Positions 28,241 to 36,726 of a DNA stretch of 64,000 bases are shown here, piece by piece. The stretch is from Ignavibacteriota bacterium (GTDB lineage Bacteria > Bacteroidota > Ignavibacteria > UBA10030 > CAVZMI01). Under the pieces are notes generated by a model. The model was given only the letters and a program-made list of their open reading frames with translations. It was not told the DNA's origin and did no database searches. Position numbers and translations under genes: made by a program. Position 1 is the stretch's first letter. Each line of letters opens with the position of its first letter. The stretch lies in NCBI GenBank assembly GCA_963776275.1, contig CAVZMI010000029.1, positions 29,355 through 93,354 on the forward strand, read 5' to 3'.

Positions 28241-28273
28241 GCTTTCTTCTCCACCTGCTCAACTTGACTCTTT

Positions 28274-28507
28274 TTATCTATGTGTTGATAACAATCTATA
28301 TTTTTGTGATAAGATGACCTTATCACTCTGGACTATTATCTCCATTGGTGAAAATTCAAGTACTGGAATTCCATTGCGTATAAAAATTCCTCGCCCATCT
28401 GGATATAAGAATAATAGGTCATCTCCTCTGAGATCTTTTGAGGTAAGAATATTTATACCAAAGATCATCATACTTTCTGTTCTATTTTCCCTTCTTAGGT
28501 TAACCAT
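28274..28507 (-). CDS. Hypothetical protein
   Basis: 77 aa, co-oriented. Confidence 0.45.
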   Translation of the reverse strand: MVNLRRENRTESMMIFGINILTSKDLRGDDLLFLYPDGRGIFIRNGIPVLEFSPMEIIVQSDKVILSQKYRLLSTHR

Positions 28508-29256
28508 ATCGGATCAGTCTCAACTTCCTTTTCGATCTCTCTTACAATTTGACAATCACCCAGTAGCGGTTCTCCGTCACTTCCGGTCCCGATCCTATTT
28601 CCCGATACCTCATATATTGGTCTCTGAAAACAACCTGATAACGTTACACAAGCTGACCCGGTATGACTTGGCATTATAACTCGCACCTTTCTCCCTCTCT
28701 CGATCGCTTCATACACCGATATTCCTTCTTCGTCTTTTTTGAAAAGATAGTTATGAGAACGACCGGATTCTGGTGGTAATCCAAATCGTATGTAAATTAT
28801 ATTACCGTTTGTCCCGTTTCGATTCCAATATTTGAATTCCAAGCTGCTCGCTATCTGATACAACTGTTTCGGTTCAATACGTTTATTGTGCAGCAATGGC
28901 GCCTTCTTCAATATATTCATGGATTTATAATCATTCTCTTCTTTTATTTCGATCAGTCCACAGTACTTGGGGACATCTGGGATTATGCCTGCTGGGGCCA
29001 CAAAAAAATATCTGTTCGGCCTTCTATTATCCACTGGGAAAACTTTCTCTCCCTGCAGCACTGAATGTTTCCACGCCTTCTGTTTGAATTCACGAAGATA
29101 GTCGGCCTTCGAAATCTTTATCTCAAATTCCCATACAATCAGATTGGGCCGTATAAGCAATAGATCTGCTTCCCATCCATAGAGTAAACTATTGGGTGTG
29201 ATGATCCCTGCTGATAGCCGGTTCCTGAGTATCTGTTGGATGTCAGCTTCCCTCAT
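28495..29256 (-). CDS. MmcB-like PD-(D/E)xK nuclease-fold protein fused to a second phage domain
   Basis: 'EADLLL..WEFEIKISKADY..PNRYFFVAP', then 'YIRFGLPPESGRSHN..EEGISVY'. Confidence 0.65.
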   Translation of the reverse strand: MREADIQQILRNRLSAGIITPNSLLYGWEADLLLIRPNLIVWEFEIKISKADYLREFKQKAWKHSVLQGEKVFPVDNRRPNRYFFVAPAGIIPDVPKYCGLIEIKEENDYKSMNILKKAPLLHNKRIEPKQLYQIASSLEFKYWNRNGTNGNIIYIRFGLPPESGRSHNYLFKKDEEGISVYEAIERGRKVRVIMPSHTGSACVTLSGCFQRPIYEVSGNRIGTGSDGEPLLGDCQIVREIEKEVETDPIWLT

Positions 29257-29564
29257 TCCTGATTTGTCCCCTCGATTATTATACTGTCTACAGTTCGAGT
29301 GGCTAATGCATCCAATGCCGCGTACAAACGTTCAATAGCCTTTCCAATATCCTCGCAGGCGAATTTTGATCTTTGGAAAAACTCGAGCCGATCGATGGCA
29401 GCTTCTATTACGTTCTCTACCAGTGCACCATTCGGCTCTTTCCAGTCTCCTCCGCGGCCGAGCGGACCATCTTGCCAAATGATGGCATATCCTGTCCCGT
29501 AAGTTAAACCTCCGGCCGGATTACCGGCTTCATCGATCCGATGTTCTGACTTCATCTTGTTCAT
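29253..29564 (-). CDS. Tad1/Acb2-like nucleotide-signal sponge (anti-defence)
   Basis: 'IWQDGP..PNGALVE.VI..AIDRLEFFQRSKFAC..AL.AL..RT..EGT' follows the Tad1 family pattern. Confidence 0.75.
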   Translation of the reverse strand: MNKMKSEHRIDEAGNPAGGLTYGTGYAIIWQDGPLGRGGDWKEPNGALVENVIEAAIDRLEFFQRSKFACEDIGKAIERLYAALDALATRTVDSIIIEGTNQE

Positions 29565-29686
29565 CTTTCTTTTTCCCTTTTTTCTTATCGAACGTGATAT
29601 CTCGCCATGGCCATGGATTACAGTGCCGATCCATATTCTCCCAAATCTTTTCTATTGTATATTCTTCCATAACTCCTTCTTAAATA

Positions 29687-29977
29687 TTAATTATCCTTTT
29701 TACCTATTTTAACAAGTTCGATACGATGTGCGAAGAAATCCACTTTAATAATTTTAGGGATAAGACGAACTATACAATATCGCTTCTTTCCTTCTTGTTG
29801 TGTTCTATCCATCCATCTAACACGATATTTTTTCCCATTGATTAACCAAAACCCTTTGTCATGAATATCTCTCTTACCTATGGAAAGTGGATCGTCAAAT
29901 TGAAATACAAGTTCATCTCCATCTTTCTTAAGTATCTCAAAGTTTTTCATACGCATTGCTTCGCGTATCCTTTCCAT
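29687..29977 (-). CDS. Hypothetical protein
   Basis: Likely start MERIRE with SD GAGGAG. Confidence 0.5.
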   Translation of the reverse strand: MERIREAMRMKNFEILKKDGDELVFQFDDPLSIGKRDIHDKGFWLINGKKYRVRWMDRTQQEGKKRYCIVRLIPKIIKVDFFAHRIELVKIGKKDN

Positions 29978-30251
29978 CACTCCTCCTCTGCTTTTACCGC
30001 CCACCCTTCGTTCATCCATTTCGAAGCTGCTTCATCTCCCATGATACCAAATAGATGCGAAACCAAACGATCCTGTAATTCCTGATAACCGATTGCATCT
30101 TCATCACCATAAAATAATTTCCGGAGAGTAAGTTTTATCAGCTCTTCACTCTCTTTACTGATCTCTGCATTCTTCTTATTGCACCATAGTGCCGCAGTAC
30201 GGACAGACTTTTATTGTCCCGTCACAAATGTGTTCTAACATGTTTCTGTTG

Positions 30252-30557
30252 TCATTTAACTTTTTTAAGAGGCTCACTCACTCTCGCTATAAAAAACTCT
30301 ACGCTGATTTTATTCTTGTTGAAAGTGCAATTTTCAACAAACACTTCTACTTTTTGGTTAATGCTTTTCGCGCTTGCTTTTAATGCGATAGACATATTTG
30401 TAATACTTTTCCCCAGTGTTTCTGCTCCTATATATCCACCGCCCTCTTTCAGTGTTATTGCCATATTCAATTTTTGTGTCTCTGGAATAATCGCCGTTGC
30501 TTCAACTTGTATTTCCTCTTTACACTTAGGACATTTCATCGTTCGTTCGCCTTTCAA
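30252..30557 (-). CDS. Cassette-borne small protein with CxxC
   Basis: 'MKCPKC'; stop codon lies within the cassette left-end repeat. Confidence 0.6.
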   Translation of the reverse strand: MKGERTMKCPKCKEEIQVEATAIIPETQKLNMAITLKEGGGYIGAETLGKSITNMSIALKASAKSINQKVEVFVENCTFNKNKISVEFFIARVSEPLKKVK

Positions 30558-30571
30558 ATTAGATTAAATGC

Positions 30572-30848
30572 AACAGAACCAAGCAATCAAACTGACCGAA
30601 TCAGTTAAGTGCAAAATTCATTGTCAAATGCAACACCGGTAATACCATAATATATCTCTCCGGCGTTCAATCGTTACCAACCAAATCATTTTATCTTCGT
30701 TGTCCAGTTTTACGGGATACCAAGCAAACCATCTATGCCAAGGTAATTCTTCTCTATATTTCCATTCCATAAATCCTCCGCGTTGCATTTGTTTGTTAAA
30801 ATTATTTTGAAAGTTTATCTATCGGCAGTTTAGTGCCATTCGTTATAT
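30572..30848 (+). other. attC-like recombination site with ~220-nt variable terminal structure
   Basis: AAC-5nt-AATCAAACTGACCGA ... TCGGCAGTTTAGT-7nt-GTTATAT with two unpaired bases (C, A on top strand) at canonical positions. Confidence 0.75.
30624..30770 (-). CDS. 48-aa Trp-rich phage protein inside the attC loop (absent from ORF track)
   Basis: SD GGAGG at 30775-30779; MEWKYREELPWHRWFAWYPVKLDNEDKMIWLVTIERRRDILWYYRCCI; WHRWFAWYPV is a recurrent small phage-protein motif. Confidence 0.75.
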   Translation of the reverse strand: MEWKYREELPWHRWFAWYPVKLDNEDKMIWLVTIERRRDILWYYRCCI

Positions 30849-31106
30849 CCCTTTCTTTTCTCTGGCTTGTCGGATTTTCTCTCCTTCTTCCCTGAGACTC
30901 ATTACGATCGCACCTTTTTTAACGGCTACAATTCGCTTATTTTCCGTCACATCATAGTGCGGCATGAATCGATGATCCTGAAACCAATTTATCTTTAATC
31001 CGATTGACTGTGCGAATTCATGCAATTCTTCTATGGTATCTGCTATAAGATGATACCAGATCTTTCCTCTCCACATAACTTTTTTACTACCAATGAATAC
31101 GCTCAT
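30843..31106 (-). CDS. DUF4031 family protein
   Basis: 'WYHLIADTIEELHEFAQSIGLK..WFQ...HYDVT..KR..AVKKGA'. Confidence 0.85.
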   Translation of the reverse strand: MSVFIGSKKVMWRGKIWYHLIADTIEELHEFAQSIGLKINWFQDHRFMPHYDVTENKRIVAVKKGAIVMSLREEGEKIRQAREKKGI

Positions 31107-31378
31107 TTCTTTTGTTTTGTATCAACGTATGTAGAAGAAATCCCCTTCGGATAGTCTCCATGTATGTGTGCCTTCTTTTCTATCTGTCTTATAAATAAAA
31201 ACAAAGTATCAATCCTCTTATTTATATGATCGATCCGCCACATTGCTAATCCACCAAAGAAAACGATCAGAGATATGCCAAATATGATAAAACCATTGGT
31301 CAAATCTTCAGCTATTATTACTTCGATCAGACCGATAATGACGCCGATCATTCCGATTAAAATGAAAATCGCTGGCAT
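31103..31378 (-). CDS. Small two-TM membrane protein
   Basis: Two hydrophobic helices. Confidence 0.6.
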   Translation of the reverse strand: MPAIFILIGMIGVIIGLIEVIIAEDLTNGFIIFGISLIVFFGGLAMWRIDHINKRIDTLFLFIRQIEKKAHIHGDYPKGISSTYVDTKQKK

Positions 31379-31679
31379 GTTCTTTTCTCCCCTGAATATG
31401 TGATTGTGAATTTATTCCTTGTTGATCCTTTCCCCGTACATTCAATCCCCCGATGAACCCCTCATTCTCATAAAACTTTTTCGATTTCGCTCTTACTACC
31501 AAATGCAGTACTTTTTTGAGCTGACTTATCTGAAGCCCACACTTATTTCGTTGCGTCGGGTTCAGTTGCTCCAATAGGTCGATCTCATACTCGATATTCC
31601 GGATGAGCCACTCGAATCGTCCGGAAATCAGATTGTACTCAACTTCTTTCCTCGAAAAATTTATTTCCTTGAAAGACAT
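31308..31679 (-). CDS. Hypothetical protein
   Basis: 123 aa, abuts the upstream stop. Confidence 0.5.
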   Translation of the reverse strand: MSFKEINFSRKEVEYNLISGRFEWLIRNIEYEIDLLEQLNPTQRNKCGLQISQLKKVLHLVVRAKSKKFYENEGFIGGLNVRGKDQQGINSQSHIQGRKEHASDFHFNRNDRRHYRSDRSNNS

Positions 31680-32072
31680 TTATGATAAATCCTTTATCGT
31701 TCTTACCAGATCCACCTGTACACGCTGCATCTCGATCAGATTCTTTGCCGTCTCATTGATCGCCTTGGCTTGATCGATGTATTTGGGGTCCTCCTGAATC
31801 TTCTTTATAGTATCCATGAGCGTTGTTCCCAAACCCTTCATTGGAAGATTGTCTTCCATGGCATTGTAAAGTGCCAGAGCATTTTTCTTATCCGGCCTCG
31901 GCTCTACAGGTAAAAATTCTCGCCGTAAGTCCTCACCATTGACTCGAATCACTCGCTTGTCCGTTGTAATTTTGAAAAGATTCCTCTCCTCCTGCTCGAT
32001 GCTCTGGATGATGTAATTAATTCCCTTGTAGAGATATGTACCACCGATCATTTTATAGAATGCCCTATTCAT
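31680..32072 (-). CDS. Phage protein usually adjacent to HNH genes
   Basis: 'YIDQAKAINETAKNLIE..VQVD' motif; ATGA-coupled. Confidence 0.55.
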   Translation of the reverse strand: MNRAFYKMIGGTYLYKGINYIIQSIEQEERNLFKITTDKRVIRVNGEDLRREFLPVEPRPDKKNALALYNAMEDNLPMKGLGTTLMDTIKKIQEDPKYIDQAKAINETAKNLIEMQRVQVDLVRTIKDLS

Positions 32073-32788
32073 GCCGATTCTTTTAATAATTGATTGAGTT
32101 GTAATTGCTTTCGTTTCGCATCCAGAAGATCTGGCTTTTTCAACAATCTCTCATAGAGCTTCTTATCATAACTGCCTTTACCACCTCTATTGCTGGCTAA
32201 ACATTTCGCGATAAATCCATCCGTCATCCTTGTATTGGCCGCGTGCTGTATATGTGTGATACATTCCAGATTGCTCGGTCTACAGTTCATCGTATTCCCA
32301 TCGCGAAATACTATGATGTGGTCTTTGGGTATACGACCATATGTTTTCTTCCAGACATAAACATGATACATGATCCATTTTGCTTTTTTGATCCGAATCC
32401 ATTTATATTCCCGGATCTTTCCCGTTTTTTTATCTGTGTCTATTCGTATCCTGATGCATCCATTGTATTTCGTGTTCGCCGGCTGGTGACCTTTCTTGAA
32501 CTCTGTTGCCCGACTGTAATGGACACCCTTACGACTCTTGTTCCATGTTTTATGTCCCTTTTGGAATTCCGTTGACGGAGATCTACGAACACCTTTTGTA
32601 AATTGACTCATATTAAACTTTTTCTTTATGCAGAGGAGATGCTGCATGCGATATATTGCTCTCGGGTGTCTCCCCAAGACAGCGGCAATTTCTGCCGCTG
32701 TCTTCTTACTGTGAAGATAGAGGTATCGAAATCTTTTTATTTCGGTTGCAGTCCATGGTCTCCTGAATCCCGGTGGTCTCTTCTTCAT
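32069..32788 (-). CDS. HNH endonuclease with NUMOD3-like repeats
   Basis: 'TEFQKGH..WNK', 'TEFKKGHQPAN', 'HVYVW..IVFRDGN.MNC..NLECIT'. Confidence 0.85.
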   Translation of the reverse strand: MKKRPPGFRRPWTATEIKRFRYLYLHSKKTAAEIAAVLGRHPRAIYRMQHLLCIKKKFNMSQFTKGVRRSPSTEFQKGHKTWNKSRKGVHYSRATEFKKGHQPANTKYNGCIRIRIDTDKKTGKIREYKWIRIKKAKWIMYHVYVWKKTYGRIPKDHIIVFRDGNTMNCRPSNLECITHIQHAANTRMTDGFIAKCLASNRGGKGSYDKKLYERLLKKPDLLDAKRKQLQLNQLLKESA

Positions 32789-32879
32789 TTCTTCGCTTTC
32801 TTCAATACATCATGCCGAATAAACGCCTGCAGGGAACTGTGCTCCTCCAGGCGCTGACGGTCATTCGTTGATGGTGCGG

Positions 32880-33137
32880 TTAACCGATGTGGGCAACCTG
32901 GTTTGAAGGATTATCCTGTATATAAGCCTCCAATTTCGCCGGATCCGTGAATACAAAGATCGACGTAAGATCAAAAGGCTCGCCCATATCCGGAAATACC
33001 TTCACATTGACAGTTGCCTGTCCTTCATTGATTGGAGTCCATACATACGTCACGATAGCTGGTTGCTCGTCGTGACCGTTGAAGTTGACTCCTTTGACGG
33101 TAACGATTGTACCGCATTTGATTGATTCCTCGCCCAT
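32880..33137 (-). CDS. Conserved small phage protein
   Basis: 'PAIVTYVW...VNVKVF' recurrent phage motif. Confidence 0.6.
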   Translation of the reverse strand: MGEESIKCGTIVTVKGVNFNGHDEQPAIVTYVWTPINEGQATVNVKVFPDMGEPFDLTSIFVFTDPAKLEAYIQDNPSNQVAHIG

Positions 33138-33198
33138 AGCTTATCCTTTCTTTTCTGAGTTATTGGAATCCGATCCGTTATTCGGTTCGGTATAATAA

Positions 33199-34699
33199 TC
33201 ACTTCTTCTTTGTGGGTTTACTCTTCCGCGCCGGCTTTTTCGTAACGACCTTTTTCTTCTTCGCAGTAAGCGCTAAACGGATCTTGCCTACGTCAATTCT
33301 CTTCTCCTTTGCTACTTTGAGAAGATTGTTGAAATCTCCTATTTCACAACATCCCACATTCAGAGCCTCGGTATAAATCACCATGATCATCGTCTTTCTC
33401 TTATTCTCCTTATAATGCTTCATGAGGGCTTTACGGTAATCACGGCCGCCATATTTTGCTTTCGGCGCTTCTATCCCGATCGCATCGCACATCCGCTTGG
33501 CTGAGTCGAAACTCAGTGCATCGACCATATGCTCACCGATCGCATCGAGCATGGTCTGATCGATTTTGAGATTTGAATCATAAACCGCTTTGAAAATTGC
33601 ATTCCGGACTTTTAACTCCTGTAGAGTTTTCTTTCTCTCTGCAGCCTGCTTCTTCCGCCAACCTCCATCATCACTGCTGCGTTGAAATGGCCGGCAAGTT
33701 TTGCATTTGGAATCGGTGCATATTCTCTTTAAATGCCCGATACCATCTCCTTCGACGATGAGTCCGGTTATTGCATTTTCGCAACCCTTTAATGGATTGC
33801 GATATCCTGAAGCCTCGATCACTCCCTTGCCTCTACTGGAATAATTCGTCGAGATCTCGACGAATATTTCATTGCGGCGCTTGAGCTCTTCGCGCTTGAT
33901 ATCCCAGATAGGCTCCCATCTTCGCATGGTAGCATGGGGCATCGAGACAGCGATCGTTTTTCGAGTCTCCAAAAAGGTCCGGATCGGCGCCAGTACGCTT
34001 TGGACAAACGGCACAGGCCACGGATTCTACTTTCGTTTTGAACTCACCTTTCTTTGACCATGGGGCAGCCGACAGCGAAAGCATGATATTATTTTCGATC
34101 CATCTGGCGAGTTCCCGTTCATCACTGATATAATCATCGAAACATGCTTTCAATGTGGTCTTTTGATCCCTTTCATTAAGCGGAGCAATCAACATAGCTT
34201 GACCGAGATTGATTTTTTGGGATCGTAATGCGTTCTTTCCCGAATCGATCAATGAGTTCAATTTCATGCGTTTTGCAACATAAGATTTCTGTTTCCCGAT
34301 CTGGCCGGCGATTTTTTCAATGGTGATGCCTTTGGATAACTTCATGAGTTTGGCATATTCCGCGGCCTCATCGAGCGGATCCAAACCCTCCCGCTGAGTA
34401 TTGTCGATCAGTGAATATTCAACAGCTTCCTCATCGTTCATTACTTTCACGATTGCCGGCATCTCAGTCAATCCGCAGCGTTGCGCAGCCATGAAACGGC
34501 GCTGTCCGGTTATGATCTCGAAGATATCTTCTCCATTTTTCGCCGGACGCACTGTGATTGGATGCTGTATTCCTTTCGCCTCTATTGAGGCTGTCAATTC
34601 CAACAATTTTACTTCATCGATTTCCTTCCGACCATTCAGCGGTGAGATCGAGAGCTTACTGATTGGAATCATTGCGATTTGAGGTGTGGTAGCAATCAT
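33199..34699 (-). pseudogene. ParB/Srx-domain protein, split by a +1 frameshift (possibly a sequencing error)
   Basis: 'ELTASIEAKGIQHPITVRP..ITGQRRF..NTQRE'; removing one base at 33903-33905 joins 'AYL-DIKREELK' into one ~500-aa ORF. Confidence 0.75.
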
Positions 34700-34722
34700 G
34701 GATGTTTCTCCTTTTCTTCTTT

Positions 34723-36483
34723 TTATTGAAATAGTGTTTTTGTCGCACAAATTGAGCCAGAATCATCTTCGATGAGTCGGCGACCTTTTAATCTCGCAAG
34801 ATAAGTATCCCTACTTGATCTCTTGTATGTGGTTAAATCACTGATTTCATCTCTTGTTAGAGAGTTTGGATATCTCTTTATGAGCAACTCGAAAATTGTT
34901 CTTTCGCCAGGAGGCAGTTTATGCAACCAATGTTCTATAAGTTTTTCGCCTGATGGAAGAGGTTCAAAATTATTTCCAAGAGCGGTCAATCCTTCATTTG
35001 TTACAACTATTCTTGCACCCGTTTTGACATAACCTCTCGTTGCTAATCGAGCGATGTAAGTATCACGACTTGATCTCCGATATTTAGCTATGACACTGAT
35101 TTCATCTCTCGTCAAACCATCATCATATTGAGCGACAGAATTCAGAATCATGGCTTCACCAGGAGGAAGCTTTACTACTTCGCTGTCACCTGAGTCCGAC
35201 ATCTTATTTTGCTTAGAATAATCAAATTTCCTCTCCATATTTTTGTGTAGGATTTCACCTCCTGTTGGGGCTTTTTGTATTTTATAGATTGGAACCTTAA
35301 TGGGCTCTGGTAATACAGCCGTTGAGCTGGCCAGCATTTCAGCAGCTTTTTTCATCTTCTCATTCTGTTTGATAATGATATTTTCAAGCGATCGCATCCT
35401 CGCATTCGATTCACGTTGTACTTCCTGTTTTGCTTTCTCAACCGCACGTCCAATTATCGATTCATCTACCTTTTGTGGAACAAGAGAATCGACATTGGCA
35501 ATCTGGATCTGAAGCTTATGTTCAAGTTCTCGAACTCTTTTTTTGAGCTCTATGGGATCGTTTTCTTTCGCTCTTTCGATAGTCGAGGCCATTTGTCTCC
35601 GAAGAGCATTAAGGTCGATTTCTGCAGGTTTTTTGGGCTCAATTCTTTTCTCTCCGGGCTTTGGCGTAGCACCTGAATCGAATGTTTCGATCGGCAATAC
35701 ATGAACTCTTTGAAATATACCTTCCGCTTCAGGCCAACCTGGAGACCAGAACCATGCGTCACCAATGGGCAACGAAGGTAATGACTCCATAAGAGTTTTC
35801 TGCTGTTCAATCGTTCCATGAACGTCAATCCAAGCCTTCATAGCATCGAGGTCTTGCGGAGCTATTGTACGCAGTGCGATAAGAATCTGTACCTGTGTCA
35901 GTACGTTCTTATTTAGCACCGCCGCTCTCTGTGTTACAAGAATACATCCAATACCACGCTGTCCGCCTCGACGCACTATATCCTCGGCAGCACCGAGCAT
36001 CCGTTCCTCTCCCTTCTGTGGTTTCTGGGGAGCAATGGCATCGGCTTCGTCAATAACAAGCATCATTGGAGTTCGATATATTTCCTTCGCCTTCAATCGA
36101 TATAGGTTTTCTAAGAATGCTGTCATGAATGTTGCGACTTCGTGCTTTCTGAAAAGCGAGAGGTCGATCAGAATGCTTACCCTTTCTTCAACAACGAGTT
36201 TTGCCACAATTTCACCGGAATTCACTTCCAAAGGTACGTCTGCTCGTTCCCCGCCAAGAATAATAATCGGATAGCCGGGCGATTTCCCATCCGAGGCAGA
36301 TCGAATTCCCCACTGATCCCCCTTGGGATCAACAAGTACGACTTGTTGACCGATCTTCAAGAGTTGCTCTGCCATCCGTCGCATTGTGTAACTTTTCCCT
36401 GCTCTACGCTTTGCAAGTAGACCGAAGGTCTGCGTAACACTTTCAATCGGCAATGATAATTCTTTTGATATGTGTAGTTTCAT
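34723..36483 (-). CDS. HerA/DUF87-like ATPase with two C-terminal winged-helix repeats
   Basis: Walker A 'AKRRAGKS', Walker B 'VIDEAD', 'VTQR'; duplicated 'LPPGE..LTRDEIS..SSRDTY.ARL'. Confidence 0.8.
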   Translation of the reverse strand: MKLHISKELSLPIESVTQTFGLLAKRRAGKSYTMRRMAEQLLKIGQQVVLVDPKGDQWGIRSASDGKSPGYPIIILGGERADVPLEVNSGEIVAKLVVEERVSILIDLSLFRKHEVATFMTAFLENLYRLKAKEIYRTPMMLVIDEADAIAPQKPQKGEERMLGAAEDIVRRGGQRGIGCILVTQRAAVLNKNVLTQVQILIALRTIAPQDLDAMKAWIDVHGTIEQQKTLMESLPSLPIGDAWFWSPGWPEAEGIFQRVHVLPIETFDSGATPKPGEKRIEPKKPAEIDLNALRRQMASTIERAKENDPIELKKRVRELEHKLQIQIANVDSLVPQKVDESIIGRAVEKAKQEVQRESNARMRSLENIIIKQNEKMKKAAEMLASSTAVLPEPIKVPIYKIQKAPTGGEILHKNMERKFDYSKQNKMSDSGDSEVVKLPPGEAMILNSVAQYDDGLTRDEISVIAKYRRSSRDTYIARLATRGYVKTGARIVVTNEGLTALGNNFEPLPSGEKLIEHWLHKLPPGERTIFELLIKRYPNSLTRDEISDLTTYKRSSRDTYLARLKGRRLIEDDSGSICATKTLFQ

Positions 36484-36725
36484 GTTTTCTCTTTCATTGC
36501 TACATATTCACGAAGCCAGGGCAACTTACTTTTGAGAATATCAATCCTTTCTTTTAATTCGGGAATTTTCTCGCCCGTTCTCAAATTAAATCTTTGATAA
36601 ATATATAATAACCAACAAGCTTTCGTGTATGCATTCTTTCTATTTTCAATTGGCATTCTAAAGCTTTTCCCGCTTTCCACGATCTGTACCGATTGATCAA
36701 TAATTTCTTCCAGTGATGTGAACAT
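36480..36725 (-). CDS. Hypothetical protein
   Basis: 81 aa, coupled. Confidence 0.55.
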   Translation of the reverse strand: MFTSLEEIIDQSVQIVESGKSFRMPIENRKNAYTKACWLLYIYQRFNLRTGEKIPELKERIDILKSKLPWLREYVAMKEKT

Positions 36726-36726
36726 T

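Larger units (their letters stand above)
30243..30842 (+). mobile_element. Integron-type gene cassette with solitary long attC-like site, inserted at G^TTAT
   Basis: Left end TT(T)CTGTTG(T)CATTTAA is complementary to TTAAATGCAACAGAAC at the R'' box; attC arms at 30572-30599 and 30822-30848; excision restores a stop-RBS-start junction. Confidence 0.7.

Noticed and set aside
34723-36483. HerA-based defence system (e.g. Sir2-HerA)
   Set aside because: No adjacent sirtuin or nuclease partner; the wHTH-tailed form sits among ordinary phage genes.
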